Assembly (NCBI GenBank): GCA_963762565.1
Contig: CAVXLD010000001.1
Span: 832,001-896,000 of the forward strand
Direction: 5' to 3'
Length of the DNA: 64,000 nucleotides
Source of the DNA: an uncultured Verrucomicrobiae bacterium
GTDB lineage: Bacteria > Verrucomicrobiota > Verrucomicrobiia > Chthoniobacterales > JAFAMB01
The notes under the pieces are model-generated. The model made no database searches, had not been told where the DNA came from, and saw only the letters and a list, made by a program, of their open reading frames with translations. Both the position numbers and the translations under genes were made by a program. The number at the start of each line of letters is the position of its first letter. The stretch's first letter is position 1. Of this stretch, positions 1 to 9,895 are shown in pieces.

Positions 1-42
1 AGCTCTGGTAGTTTCATTCGCGAAGACACTGAAAGCCCAAAA

Positions 43-696
43 TTAAAGGAGTCCGACCAGCTGCTCAAGGGATAACACCTTTGCGGATGGAACCACCAGG
101 TCTGCGACCGATAGATCCTGGCGCTCACTAAACTGGTTCGGGACTACCACCGCCCGCATTCCAGCCGCCTTCGCCGCGCGACAGCCTGGTTCAGAATCTT
201 CCAACGCAACAGAGAAAGCGGGCGACACCTGCAGAGTTTCGGCTGCCTTTAGATAGACATCCGGCGCTGGCTTTGGATTGAGCACCATATCTCGGGTCAC
301 AATCGCCCTGACAAAGTTGCGTAACCCCAATCGTTCCAACCCATCATTAACCCATCCAAAACCGGAATTGCTGGCTACCCCTACAGGAATGTCCGCATCC
401 GCTGCGGCGAGCATCAACTCCCGAATCCCAGGGAGCACGCCTTGCTTAAGAGTTAAGTCCCAATTTCTGGCATCTCTTCTAGGAGCCAGATTCTGCCAAT
501 CCAGCTTTCGTCCAAGTAAAGTCTCTAGGTGAGCTCCCGGATCGAATCCGCCAACATAGCCAGTGGCTCCCCTCCAATCATCCAGGGTTAGGCTTTGACC
601 GAAATCGGCGTAGATCTCGTTCCAGCTATCAAAGCCGGGCTTCTCGGTGTCTACAATGAGACCGTCGAAATCGAATATTAGCGATTGCAGGTTCAA
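43..696 (-). CDS. HAD-IA family hydrolase (phosphatase / beta-PGM-like)
   Basis: DFDGLIVDT motif I, VASNS motif II, KPAPDVY and EDS..G motifs. Confidence 0.9.
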   Translation of the reverse strand: MNLQSLIFDFDGLIVDTEKPGFDSWNEIYADFGQSLTLDDWRGATGYVGGFDPGAHLETLLGRKLDWQNLAPRRDARNWDLTLKQGVLPGIRELMLAAADADIPVGVASNSGFGWVNDGLERLGLRNFVRAIVTRDMVLNPKPAPDVYLKAAETLQVSPAFSVALEDSEPGCRAAKAAGMRAVVVPNQFSERQDLSVADLVVPSAKVLSLEQLVGLL

Positions 697-733
697 GGTT
701 TGCGAATTTCACCACAGAGTCACAGAGAAAATG

Positions 734-903
734 GTGAAAAGTGAAAGGTGAAAAGCGATTCGACCAGCGCTCGGAGGGGTCACAGTATGGGCAAACAACT
801 CAGTCCATCTTATTAAGCGATCCAGGTGATGTAAATCTTAGCGGACCGAAGCCCCCAAGTGCCCGCCCCACTACCTTTCACTTGTCACTTTTCACCTTTC
901 ACC
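734..903. repeat. Inverted arrays of heptamer GTGAAAR / YTTTCAC flanking a ~120 nt spacer
   Basis: gtgaaaa gtgaaag gtgaaaa at 734-755; tttcact tgtcact tttcacc tttcacc at 876-903. Confidence 0.8.
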
Positions 904-933
904 ATCGCTGCCCTCGGTGGTGAAAGTTTGGCT

Positions 934-1368
934 CTACCTCTTAAGCGCCTCCTCGAACAGCTCCAAGTCGGAGAAAAAACGCTTCACTTCAATCGCGGCA
1001 TTCTCCGGAGAGTCTGAACCGTGAATCACGTTCATCATCGCGTCTTTGCCCAAGTCCCCTCGGATCGTCCCTTTGGCCGCCTTTCGCGAGTCTGTGGGTC
1101 CCATTAGATCCCGAACCCTTTTCACCGCGTCTTTGCCGTTTAAAGCGAAAGCGATTACCGGGCTTTGTTGCATGAACGAGCGCAATTCGGGGTAAAATGG
1201 ACGATCAGCGACGTGAGCATAATGTTCCGCGAGTACTTCTTCGGACAACAGCAGCATTTTGCACCCCACGATCTCGAGCCCGGCTCGCTCAAACCGGCTA
1301 ATGACCTCACCGCAATGCTTTTGCGCAATACAGTCCGGCTTCAGCAAAACTAAAGTAGTTTCCACCAT
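934..1368 (-). CDS. ndk: Nucleoside diphosphate kinase
   Basis: TLVLLKPD, EHYAH..RPFY, GTIRGD, NVIHGSDS catalytic His motif. Confidence 0.97.
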   Translation of the reverse strand: MVETTLVLLKPDCIAQKHCGEVISRFERAGLEIVGCKMLLLSEEVLAEHYAHVADRPFYPELRSFMQQSPVIAFALNGKDAVKRVRDLMGPTDSRKAAKGTIRGDLGKDAMMNVIHGSDSPENAAIEVKRFFSDLELFEEALKR

Positions 1369-1439
1369 AGGTATGTGACAGCCCTATCGGTACTATCAGA
1401 ATGACAAATGACAAATAACAAATGACAGATGGCTCCAAG

Positions 1440-1562
1440 CCGTGGAGCGCTGCCTTCCCGCGGCCGCGGGACGAGGCCGTAGCAAAACCAGAGAGGGATC
1501 ACAGGATCGGTAGGGCGAAAACCCGACTTCGTCTCGCGGCGCCGGAAGGCAGCGCTCCACGG
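1440..1562. repeat. REP-like inverted repeat family A (CCGTGGAGCGCTGCC...)
   Basis: ccgtggagcgctgccttcc / ggaaggcagcgctccacgg; same family at 4972-5161, 28750, 33134-33162, 52511-52565. Confidence 0.8.
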
Positions 1563-1595
1563 GCGTTTACCCGCATTTCGGAATACATTGTTTGC

Positions 1596-2684
1596 ATGCC
1601 GCGCCACTCAGACACCGCGCCCCCCTCAAAAAACCAACCCCTTATTCGAGACCTACAGATCGACGAAGTCGCATTTGGCGGAGCCGGCATCGGCCGTTCG
1701 GACGGAAAGGTAATCTTTGTGCCTTTCACCATCGATCAAGAGATCGTCGATGTTCGACTTCATACGGTTCGTCGGAGCTACAGTGTCGGGCAGGTAACGG
1801 CTATCCGCCAACCCTCCCCGCACAGAATCATAGCTCCGTGCCCATTCTTTCAGAATTGTGGGGGCTGCGATTATCAACACATCGCTTACGCTCACCAGCT
1901 CACTATCAAACAAAGCCAGGTCGAACAAACGCTGAGGCGAATCGCCAAGCTGTCTGATTGTGAAGTTCACCCGATCAGGCCCAGCCCAAACCCCTTCGGT
2001 TATCGCAACCGCATCTCAATTCATAGTGACGGCGATAAAATCGGATTTTTCCAGAAAGGCAACCGTACCGTGGTCGACGTCTCGCATTGCCTGATCGCAT
2101 CCGAGACTGTGAATGCCAGGCTTTCCGCGTTCCGGGGCACTCGACCACCGGCAGGCGCGCATGCCACCTTGCGAGAAAACGAAGGAGTTACCACTTTCTC
2201 ACAAACCAACGATGAAGTTGCTCGTCTTTTGGTCGAATTTGTTAAAAGCCAAGTCAAAGGACCGGTCTTGGTAGATGGTTACTGTGGATCCGGCTTCTTT
2301 GCCCATCACCTGGCAGCTGAAGTTGAGAAGGTTATTGGGATAGACTGGAATCAACCAGCTATCAGGCAAGCCCAGAAAAAGGCGGGCCCGAACGAGACCT
2401 ATCTGTGCGGTGACTTGAGCGAACTATTGGATCGGGTCCTCGCAACAGAGACCCCTGATACGGTAATTCTCGATCCATCTGCAACTGGGCTCGACGACGA
2501 AGTTGTCGCCACCTTGGTTAGCCGGGTTCCATCAACTCTAATCTACGTGTCATGCAACCCGGCGACATTTGCTAGAGACCTAAACCGGGTCTCCCATCGC
2601 TTCCGGATTCGGGAGATTCAACCATTCGATATGTTTCCACAGACCGCTGCAATCGAAGTTGTCGGTGTATTGGGACGAATCTAA
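1596..2684 (+). CDS. TRAM-domain class I SAM-dependent RNA (uracil-C5) methyltransferase, RlmD/TrmA family
   Basis: TRAM N-terminus, CPFFQNCGGCDYQH Fe-S motif, DGYCGSG, YVSCNPAT, DMFPQT; start taken at ATG 1596 because the ORF extension to 1422 runs through repeats. Confidence 0.9.
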   Translation: MPRHSDTAPPSKNQPLIRDLQIDEVAFGGAGIGRSDGKVIFVPFTIDQEIVDVRLHTVRRSYSVGQVTAIRQPSPHRIIAPCPFFQNCGGCDYQHIAYAHQLTIKQSQVEQTLRRIAKLSDCEVHPIRPSPNPFGYRNRISIHSDGDKIGFFQKGNRTVVDVSHCLIASETVNARLSAFRGTRPPAGAHATLRENEGVTTFSQTNDEVARLLVEFVKSQVKGPVLVDGYCGSGFFAHHLAAEVEKVIGIDWNQPAIRQAQKKAGPNETYLCGDLSELLDRVLATETPDTVILDPSATGLDDEVVATLVSRVPSTLIYVSCNPATFARDLNRVSHRFRIREIQPFDMFPQTAAIEVVGVLGRI

Positions 2685-2708
2685 CTTTTCTGGCAAACTC
2701 TTTCGGGT

Positions 2709-3476
2709 CTACATGCTGCCGAGTAGAATCCCAGTTAGAAAAACTAGGATACCGCCGATGACAACCTGAAAGAGAGCCTTGAGCAATGGAGTATCCATGT
2801 ACCGCTTGCGAATCCACGCAATGGCAGCCAACTCAATGCCTACCACCGCAATAGCAATCCACATTGCTATATAAAACTGCGGTATCAAAAATGGCAGGGT
2901 ATGGCCGATCCCGCCTAAGAAAGTCATCATACCGCATACGCTTCCGCGAAGCCACGGTTGGCCGCGGCCGCTGATCACGCCGTCATCGGACAGAGCCTCC
3001 GAGAAGCCCATGCTGATTCCAGCACCCACAGAAGCGGCTAGCCCGATGATGAACGCGGTGAATGAATTGTGGGTGGCGAACGCAGCTGCGAACACCGGCG
3101 CCAATGTCGACACCGACCCGTCCATCAACCCAGCCAGAGCAGGCTGGACCACGTGAAGCACAAACAATTTCCTTTTTACATGAGGATCATCGGCCGATTT
3201 GCTCGCTGAACGTTTAGCCGCTTCTTCATCTTCACTGCGGCGTCTATTATTCTCAACCGTCTTGGCCAATACCGCTCGAGACGACAGCCCATAGACACAC
3301 ATTAATTGTCGTAGCTGGGCCGATTGCCGCTGCCGCATGGTTAACAAAATCGACGCTGTTTCCGGACTCTCCGCGCGAATCCGGTCTGCCAGCGCGGCGT
3401 ACGCCCGTCCATGCTCTTCTTGGAGTGCCAGAGCGGCTGCAAAAGGAGCACTTGGAGAGTCTACTTGGGATGACAT
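2709..3476 (-). CDS. MbfA-like iron exporter (degenerate ferritin-like N-domain plus VIT1/CCC1 domain)
   Basis: VQPALAGLMDGSVSTLAPVFAAA, SMGFSEALSDDG, GGIGHTLPF are MbfA/VIT1 hallmarks. Confidence 0.85.
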   Translation of the reverse strand: MSSQVDSPSAPFAAALALQEEHGRAYAALADRIRAESPETASILLTMRQRQSAQLRQLMCVYGLSSRAVLAKTVENNRRRSEDEEAAKRSASKSADDPHVKRKLFVLHVVQPALAGLMDGSVSTLAPVFAAAFATHNSFTAFIIGLAASVGAGISMGFSEALSDDGVISGRGQPWLRGSVCGMMTFLGGIGHTLPFLIPQFYIAMWIAIAVVGIELAAIAWIRKRYMDTPLLKALFQVVIGGILVFLTGILLGSM

Positions 3477-3652
3477 AATCACACGGTTTAAGAATGTTCT
3501 TAGTACACCAACCGGAAGCTCGATTCCACTCATTCTCCCGTGGCGTCGCACTAGCTAACCTGGTTCCGGTCCGTTTGCTACTATCTTATGGCTTCGCTCT
3601 AAAATTGAGAAAGACTCACAGTTGCAAGTTTCTGCGACCAACGCCACGGCCT

Positions 3653-3869
3653 GGTAGGGCGAGGCTCCGGAACGACCTAGACACTTTCGCGAAGCTCAAT
3701 CGCTCGACCTCCTTGATGAATGTGTTACCCCGAAATGCCGCCGAGCCGGCACCCAACGCGTGCCATGTTCTTAACCTCGACAAACAAGTCTGCGATAGCG
3801 CACGTTCGAAGGCGACAATCTATATCCGTTGCGTTAGCTCACCCGGTAATTCCGGAGCCTCGCCCTACC
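3653..3869. mobile_element. REP-derived MITE-like element family B
   Basis: Terminal inverted repeats ggtagggcgaggctccgga / tccggagcctcgccctacc. Confidence 0.7.
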
Positions 3870-3874
3870 AACAA

Positions 3875-4933
3875 CTACACCAGCCCTCGATCAGTGAGCT
3901 CTTGCTTCAGATACGCGTAATAGATCGGCGCGACCACCAGGCCGCCTAACCCGAAAGCGGCTTCCATGAAAAGAATCGCAATCATAACCTCCCACGGCTT
4001 GGCTTTTATCTCCGAAGCCACAATACGGGCATTCAGGAAGTACTCCAGCTTATGGATAACGATAAGAAAAACACCGGAGAGAATGGCTGCCAATGGTGAA
4101 ACCGATAGGCTCGCGATCACAATCAATGAGTTTGAAACGATGTTCCCGAAGATCGGCAGCAATCCGCAAAAGAAAGTCACCACCACCAGAATCTTTGAGA
4201 ATGGAAGATTGATCCCGATCGCCGGCAAGAACACCAGAAGATAGATTGCTGTGAGCGCCGTGTTGATGGCAGAAATCCGGATCTGAGCAAAGGCAAATTG
4301 GCGGAAGGCCGTGGCAAACCGGGACACTCTGACGATCACCGCCGCGGCCAGAGGTTGTTGAAGTCTGCCGGGCGAAATTTGGAACAGAGACACTAACGCC
4401 CCAATCACCATGCCGATGAACCCACGCACAAAAAGGTGCAAAGTCTCCCTTCCGAAAGTCTGCACCTCCCTAGAGTGCTGGCCCAGCCAGCTGGAAATGA
4501 AAGTCTTGAGGTCGTCGACTGTACCCGGCATATAATCTTGGACTGCGGGTGGCAGCTTATCCCGGGCATCGACCAAGATGTGTTGGAGCTTGTCGGAGAA
4601 GACTTGTGGGCTGCCAGCATCGCTCTTCAGAAATGCGATTGTGCCGAGAACCAAGCCGGTAACGATAGCAATAATCAATATTGCCAGGCTGACCACCGCG
4701 AATCCTCTCGACCAACGGTTGATTAAGTGGCGCTCAATGATCGGCGCAATCAGGCCAATCAATTCGTAGACCAAGAAAGCACCCAGTAAAGCAGAGACCA
4801 GATGGGCAACAACAATCGCCGCAAGCGCTAAGCCAGTTAGCACCCACGAGGCGATCAGCGAGCCAGTAATCGGTTCGTCTGCCCCGGCCAACGGCGCAGT
4901 CACTGTTTCGGTCGGGCGAACGGTTTGGCTCAC
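3875..4933 (-). CDS. AI-2E family transporter
   Basis: Multi-TM protein; AQIRISAINT, LLPIFGNIVSN, IHKLEYFLNARIV motifs. Confidence 0.88.
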   Translation of the reverse strand: MSQTVRPTETVTAPLAGADEPITGSLIASWVLTGLALAAIVVAHLVSALLGAFLVYELIGLIAPIIERHLINRWSRGFAVVSLAILIIAIVTGLVLGTIAFLKSDAGSPQVFSDKLQHILVDARDKLPPAVQDYMPGTVDDLKTFISSWLGQHSREVQTFGRETLHLFVRGFIGMVIGALVSLFQISPGRLQQPLAAAVIVRVSRFATAFRQFAFAQIRISAINTALTAIYLLVFLPAIGINLPFSKILVVVTFFCGLLPIFGNIVSNSLIVIASLSVSPLAAILSGVFLIVIHKLEYFLNARIVASEIKAKPWEVMIAILFMEAAFGLGGLVVAPIYYAYLKQELTDRGLV

Positions 4934-4971
4934 AGGCTGAAGTCTCGATCTCTAAGAATGAATTGCAAGGC

Positions 4972-5161
4972 CCGTGGAGCGCTGCCTCGCTCGCGAGGCC
5001 GTGGTTAGCAAGGCTAAAGACGCAACAGACGCATCAGCCGCCTGCGCTCTAGTGCGTGTGAAGATGGCGGAAATATTAATACAGAGCGATGACAGCAATG
5101 AGGCGTGATCACATAATTCCCCTGGTCACCACGGCCTCGCAAGCGAGGCAGCGCTCCACGG
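4972..5161. repeat. REP doublet family A
   Basis: ccgtggagcgctgcctcgctcgcgaggccgtgg ... ccacggcctcgcaagcgaggcagcgctccacgg. Confidence 0.85.
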
Positions 5162-5218
5162 CTGGCGACTCCTAGGTTCGCCAAGCTGCCTCGCCGCCCA
5201 CCAATCACCAATCACTAA

Positions 5219-6106
5219 TCACCTCTCACCCTCAGCATCCCTCCCAGTAATTCGTTCCAACCACGATCGTGGTCGCTGGCCGCCGAAGCCGGACGCGACC
5301 ACCAAAACCGGACGCGGAACCCAATTCACGAGCCGCCGGGTCATGTTCCCAAGCAGATAATCGCTGAATACGTCTCGGCTGGGTTTTGATCCCAGCACCA
5401 CTAGATCATAATCGCCAGTTTCGATTTCCGCGGCGATCTCCGCAGCGACCAGGCCCGAGCGCACTCGGACTTCAGTGGGAATCCCCGCCGCCTCAATCAT
5501 CTCTTTTTCAGCCCGGAGATTGCGCCCCAACACAGAGTCGGAGGCTAGCAAGGCAGAAACATTCACATCAGGTTCCGAGCGGTCGGAAACCATCACCGGC
5601 GCCTCCGGAAGAGCGGTAAATAAGGTCACAGAGGCACCGAGTCTCGGCGCAAACTCGATCACTAATTTTACTGCTGCCTCAATGTACGTTCCGCCCCCGC
5701 TGCAAATCAGGATCCGACGTATCTCCGGCCTTGAGACCGGAACCACCAGCACCGGCCGAAGCAGTATTTCAATAATCTCGTACGCCTTTTGAGAAAGAAC
5801 CGAGATCTGACCGCTCGGCTTGGCTTCACCCCCGATCACAATTAGATCGTAGTTTCCTTCAACCGCCCGCTTCTCGATCTCGGCTATCGGATCACCAAAC
5901 TTCGAGAGAATCTCGACGCTCACTCCTTGAGTCATAAACGCATGTTGCGTTCGCCGGATCGCTTCCAACAATGCAAGCTCGTCCGCCTCTAACTCAGTAA
6001 CTCCAAAGATAGTGACCTCGGACCGGGTAGCTGCCGCGATCTTCAGACAAAGCTGGATCGCGCTCTCGGATCGCTCAGTTCCTTCAGAGCAAAGAAGAAT
6101 TCTCAT
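5219..6106 (-). CDS. Tandem universal stress protein (two USP domains)
   Basis: Two repeats of G....I......YDL(I/V)V(I/L)G ... PVLVV. Confidence 0.88.
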   Translation of the reverse strand: MRILLCSEGTERSESAIQLCLKIAAATRSEVTIFGVTELEADELALLEAIRRTQHAFMTQGVSVEILSKFGDPIAEIEKRAVEGNYDLIVIGGEAKPSGQISVLSQKAYEIIEILLRPVLVVPVSRPEIRRILICSGGGTYIEAAVKLVIEFAPRLGASVTLFTALPEAPVMVSDRSEPDVNVSALLASDSVLGRNLRAEKEMIEAAGIPTEVRVRSGLVAAEIAAEIETGDYDLVVLGSKPSRDVFSDYLLGNMTRRLVNWVPRPVLVVASGFGGQRPRSWLERITGRDAEGER

Positions 6107-6120
6107 CGAGTCGGGCCAGA

Positions 6121-6211
6121 AAATAGCCAATAGCCTATAGCCAATAACATATCGAGATCCGTTTCCTTGGACATCATCATCTGAAAATTGGCTATCGGCT
6201 ATTGGCTATTC
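6121..6211. repeat. Inverted arrays of heptamer AATAGCC / GGCTATT
   Basis: aatagccaatagcctatagcc ... ggctatcggctattggctatt. Confidence 0.8.
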
Positions 6212-6212
6212 T

Positions 6213-7124
6213 TCAGTGGTGCCCGGTGATTAACGTGACCGCCACCAGGATAGCGCCAAGTAGAGGCAACGGGGCGAATGCCAGGCGAATCCACGGCCCA
6301 CTGAAATATTGGGTCAATCGAGCGCCAAGTTGGGCGCCAACTGCCGCTCCGGTATGCATCACTAAAGCGACTAGAATATCAACGTTTCCATTCATGGCAT
6401 GTCGGATGGCCCCGTAACCTGCCGAAATGATAATCTCAAAGAGGTCTGTGCCCACTGCGATATGGGTAGGAACCCCGAGAAGATAGACCATGGCCGGCAT
6501 CCGGATATATCCTGCACCGCCTCCAAGAAAGCCGCTGAAGAAGCCGCCAATCAATGAAACCAGTAAAATCGACCAAATCGAGATCTTCGCGATGCCGGAC
6601 TGCTTCAAGCTGATTTTTGGCCCGAGCGGGAAACCTTGAAAAGCTTTGGCCAAGCTGTTGAACACTAAAACGTCCGTTCTTGGACCGCCGGCTTCACTGG
6701 TCGATTCCCTAGATTTTCTCAAAGCCTGCCAACTCTCCCATCCCCCGAGGATCGAAATCACGGTGAAGACGATGATCGCGGTGAGACCAACAACTAGATT
6801 CACTTCCTTCAACTGTTTAAGCGCTTCGATCGCATCCACGCCGCCTTCGGAGCCGACCAACGTTCCGATCACCATCACCGCGGCCAGCTTCAGATCAATA
6901 TGACCGAGTATCCGGTGCTGGCGCGCTGCCACAATGGATTTACCCACGATGTGGATCAAATCCGTCCCCACGACAAAGTGATACGGCATCCCCAAACTGA
7001 ACAACGACGGGCCGGATAAGAAGCTGCCGCCCACGCCGAAGAATCCCCCAAGGATACCTATCACCAGACCCAGGATGGCCAACAGAAGCGGATTAATATG
7101 AACTCCGGAGATCGGAAAGAACAT
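6213..7124 (-). CDS. Sulfite exporter TauE/SafE family protein
   Basis: Two repeats GFFGVGGSF / GFLGGGAGY with VGTDL motifs. Confidence 0.88.
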   Translation of the reverse strand: MFFPISGVHINPLLLAILGLVIGILGGFFGVGGSFLSGPSLFSLGMPYHFVVGTDLIHIVGKSIVAARQHRILGHIDLKLAAVMVIGTLVGSEGGVDAIEALKQLKEVNLVVGLTAIIVFTVISILGGWESWQALRKSRESTSEAGGPRTDVLVFNSLAKAFQGFPLGPKISLKQSGIAKISIWSILLVSLIGGFFSGFLGGGAGYIRMPAMVYLLGVPTHIAVGTDLFEIIISAGYGAIRHAMNGNVDILVALVMHTGAAVGAQLGARLTQYFSGPWIRLAFAPLPLLGAILVAVTLITGHH

Positions 7125-7126
7125 GT

Positions 7127-7369
7127 CTATTTCTTTCCGCTCCGAATCGCATAGCTCAGCGCAGTTATCAGCCTTTCGAGCCCGATTGCTTGCCCAACCA
7201 TAAGGAGCACGGAGGCCACAACGTAGTAGGTCCGCTGTTCATTAAACAGCCCATCCAACCAGGAACTTAAAAACCGGAGCACGAGATAAAAATAAATGAC
7301 CGCTACGACTGCGTACGCGGTCAGCTCAAAGGCGAGATATCTAAGGACTTTTTGGATGGGCTCTTTCAT
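7127..7369 (-). CDS. Small two-TM hypothetical membrane protein
   Basis: Two hydrophobic segments; ends 2 nt before the TauE start (operon). Confidence 0.6.
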   Translation of the reverse strand: MKEPIQKVLRYLAFELTAYAVVAVIYFYLVLRFLSSWLDGLFNEQRTYYVVASVLLMVGQAIGLERLITALSYAIRSGKK

Positions 7370-7475
7370 TTAGTGGATTCGCCGCGGAGGCCGGCATGGC
7401 GATCAATTGAGTAGGAAATTGGTATAGTAGACTGAGCGGGTAGTGAAGAGGGTTCGTCAAGACAAAATGCACGAG

Positions 7476-7503
7476 TTGACAAAGAAGGTTCCGTGGCTAT
7501 GCA
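7476..7503 (+). promoter_or_regulatory. Putative sigma70 promoter of the LacI operon
   Basis: TTGACA at 7476 and TATGCA 16 nt downstream, abutting the operator. Confidence 0.5.
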
Positions 7504-7575
7504 TTAGATCGATCTAATGATTTTGGTGCAGGTAACGAGTGGAGCTTGAGCGCCAAAAATGTTAGATCGATCTAG
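7502..7575. promoter_or_regulatory. Two LacI-type operators (TTAGATCGATCTAA)
   Basis: Perfect 18-bp palindrome CATTAGATCGATCTAATG at 7502-7519; second copy TTAGATCGATCTAG at 7562-7575 just before the lacI ATG; central CG typical of LacI sites. Confidence 0.85.
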
Positions 7576-7577
7576 TT

Positions 7578-8597
7578 ATGATTGATGCTCCCTCCAGAGA
7601 CCGCATCACCTTGCTCGATATCGCTTCCGATGCGGGTGTCTCGCGCGCCACCGTCTCGCTCGTCCTTCGTAACGTCCCTTCTGTCGCACCCTCCACCCGA
7701 AAACGAGTTCTACAGTCTATCGACCGCCTCGGATACGTATACCATCGCGGAGCAGCCAACCTCCGTACCCAACGTTCACACGCCATAGGGCTGATTGTTT
7801 CGGATATCAGCAATCCGTTCTTTGCCGAGATTATCGTGGCAATCGAAGACTCGCTCGGTTCCGCCGGCTTGGTCACGATTCTAGGCAATACTTCTGAAAA
7901 TCCGGAAAAGCAGCAGCGCCTGCTCAAGTCGCTTTCCGAATACCCGGCTGACGGGATCTTGATCTGTCCGACTCAAGGCTCAATCCGGGGAGCCGGGAAC
8001 TCGGCGAGCCGCCTGCCGCCTGTGGTCGCGTTTACCCGTCCAATGAGCGGCGTAGACTACGCTGGCGTCGACAACGTAACCGGCTCGGAGCTCGCCATCG
8101 ACCATCTCGCAGGATTGGGCCATCGCCATATCGCCTTTATCGGAGGTCCATCTCAACTCTCCACCGCCCAACAGCGCTCTCTCGGCTACCGACAAGGTTT
8201 AGAGAAAAATGGGATTCCTTTTCGAGAAGATCTTTTTATCGAACAAGCGCCGAACCGAAAAGGCGGTTTCCAGGGACTGATGGCAGGATTGAGTCGTTCC
8301 CCAGCGCCAACGGCTGCCGTCTGTTTTAACGATGTCGTTGCCCTAGGAGCGATTGAAGCACTTCGCTCCTGCGGTAAACACCCCGGCAAAGATTTCTCGA
8401 TCGTCGGGTTTAACAATATCGCCGACGCCAATTTTGGAGGTTTAACCACCGTTGACACCAGCCCGGCTAAGATCGGCGAAGCAGCCGCAGACCTGTTGCT
8501 GCACCGGATTAAAGAACCCACTGCCCCCCTGCGCCAAGTCATCCTGACCCCGCGCCTGATCGTCCGAGAATCCACTGCCCGGGCACAGAATGAATAG
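7578..8597 (+). CDS. LacI family transcriptional regulator
   Basis: TLLDIASDAGVSRATVSLVL HTH plus periplasmic-binding-like domain. Confidence 0.95.
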   Translation: MIDAPSRDRITLLDIASDAGVSRATVSLVLRNVPSVAPSTRKRVLQSIDRLGYVYHRGAANLRTQRSHAIGLIVSDISNPFFAEIIVAIEDSLGSAGLVTILGNTSENPEKQQRLLKSLSEYPADGILICPTQGSIRGAGNSASRLPPVVAFTRPMSGVDYAGVDNVTGSELAIDHLAGLGHRHIAFIGGPSQLSTAQQRSLGYRQGLEKNGIPFREDLFIEQAPNRKGGFQGLMAGLSRSPAPTAAVCFNDVVALGAIEALRSCGKHPGKDFSIVGFNNIADANFGGLTTVDTSPAKIGEAAADLLLHRIKEPTAPLRQVILTPRLIVRESTARAQNE

Positions 8598-8768
8598 CAA
8601 ATAGCAAATAGCAGATAGCAAATGGCTCTCGCAACAAACCTCACCCTCAGTTCCCCACCGACCACCCGCCACTGCTTACTGCTAACTGCTTACTGCGCCT
8701 GCTGCCCCCAACGCCACTGACCACGCAAGCGCCCCACAAATCACCAATCACCAATCACCTCTCACCTC
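8593..8768. repeat. Cluster of heptamer tandem repeats (AATAGCA, ACTGCTT, TCACCAA/TCACCTC)
   Basis: Read directly in the lacI-afr intergenic region. Confidence 0.8.
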
Positions 8769-8771
8769 CTC

Positions 8772-9815
8772 ATGCCCCCCTCCCTTCCTCCGCTCAAATG
8801 GGGCCTAATCGGCGCCAGCGATATTGCCAAGACTCGGATGATTCCGGCCATTCGCTCCCAGGCGGATTCCGCGATCACGGCTGTACTTAGCAGCAGCGCA
8901 GAACGCGCCAGGAGTTATGCGGCGGAGAGCACGATTCCGAAGGCTTATCACGACCTGGATGACTTCCTCCGAGACCCAGACATCAACGTGGTCTACATCA
9001 GTACGACAAACGAACTGCACGCATCCCAAGCAATCGCCGCCGCCAAAGCCGGGAAGCATATCTTATCTGATAAACCTCTAGCGCTGACGCTGGCGGATGC
9101 TGAGGCCATGGTGAACACAGCCAAGGAGAAAAGCCTCGTCTTTGGCACCAACCATCATCTCCGTAACGCTGTCACCCATCGCACCATGCGCCGCCTGATC
9201 AAAGAAGGTGCGATAGGTAAACCGCTAGCAGCTCGAGTCTTTCATGCGGTCTATCTACCCCCGCGCCTGCAAGGGTGGCGGCTCAACCGTCCGGAAGCCG
9301 GAGGAGGCGTCATCCTGGATATAACGGTCCATGATGCGGATACCCTGCATTTCCTTTTGGACGACGACGTTCAAGACGTGGTTGCACGTTCGGCTCAACA
9401 AGGGCTGAGTCAGGGCGACCTAGCTGATGCCGTTATGGGAGTGATGTATTTCCGAAATGGAACCCTGGCGATGTTCCACGACGCTTACACGATTAAGCAT
9501 ACCCAAACCGGCCTCGAAGTTCACGGAACCGAAGGCTCATTGATCGCCAAGAATGTGATGACCCAAGAGCCGGTTGGTGAAGTTTTTCTGTCCAGAGATG
9601 GCGTCGTTTCCGAAGTCGCCCTGGGAACGCGGGAAGACCTGTACGCCCACATCGTGCGCCACTTCAATGACGCCGTCCAAGGCCACGGCCAACCATTCGT
9701 CACCGGCGAAGACGGCATCCGCTCTTTAGCCGTCGGATTAGCAGTACAAGAATCCGCTCATACCGGCCAACGTGTGCCGGTGACGTACTCGTCCGGAGTA
9801 CGAAATAGCAAATAG
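8772..9815 (+). CDS. afr: 1,5-anhydro-D-fructose reductase-like Gfo/Idh/MocA oxidoreductase
   Basis: WGLIGAS, STTNELH, GTNHHLRNA, ARVFHAVYLPP.LQGWRL.RPEAGGGVILDITVHDADTL match Afr as recalled from Ensifer/Sinorhizobium. Confidence 0.85.
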   Translation: MPPSLPPLKWGLIGASDIAKTRMIPAIRSQADSAITAVLSSSAERARSYAAESTIPKAYHDLDDFLRDPDINVVYISTTNELHASQAIAAAKAGKHILSDKPLALTLADAEAMVNTAKEKSLVFGTNHHLRNAVTHRTMRRLIKEGAIGKPLAARVFHAVYLPPRLQGWRLNRPEAGGGVILDITVHDADTLHFLLDDDVQDVVARSAQQGLSQGDLADAVMGVMYFRNGTLAMFHDAYTIKHTQTGLEVHGTEGSLIAKNVMTQEPVGEVFLSRDGVVSEVALGTREDLYAHIVRHFNDAVQGHGQPFVTGEDGIRSLAVGLAVQESAHTGQRVPVTYSSGVRNSK

Positions 9816-9895
9816 CAAATAGCAAATGTCACGCCCCCATCGCCTTTTTCCTCCTGCAACTCCTTGAACTCCTGAACTCCTGAACTCCTTAAAGA

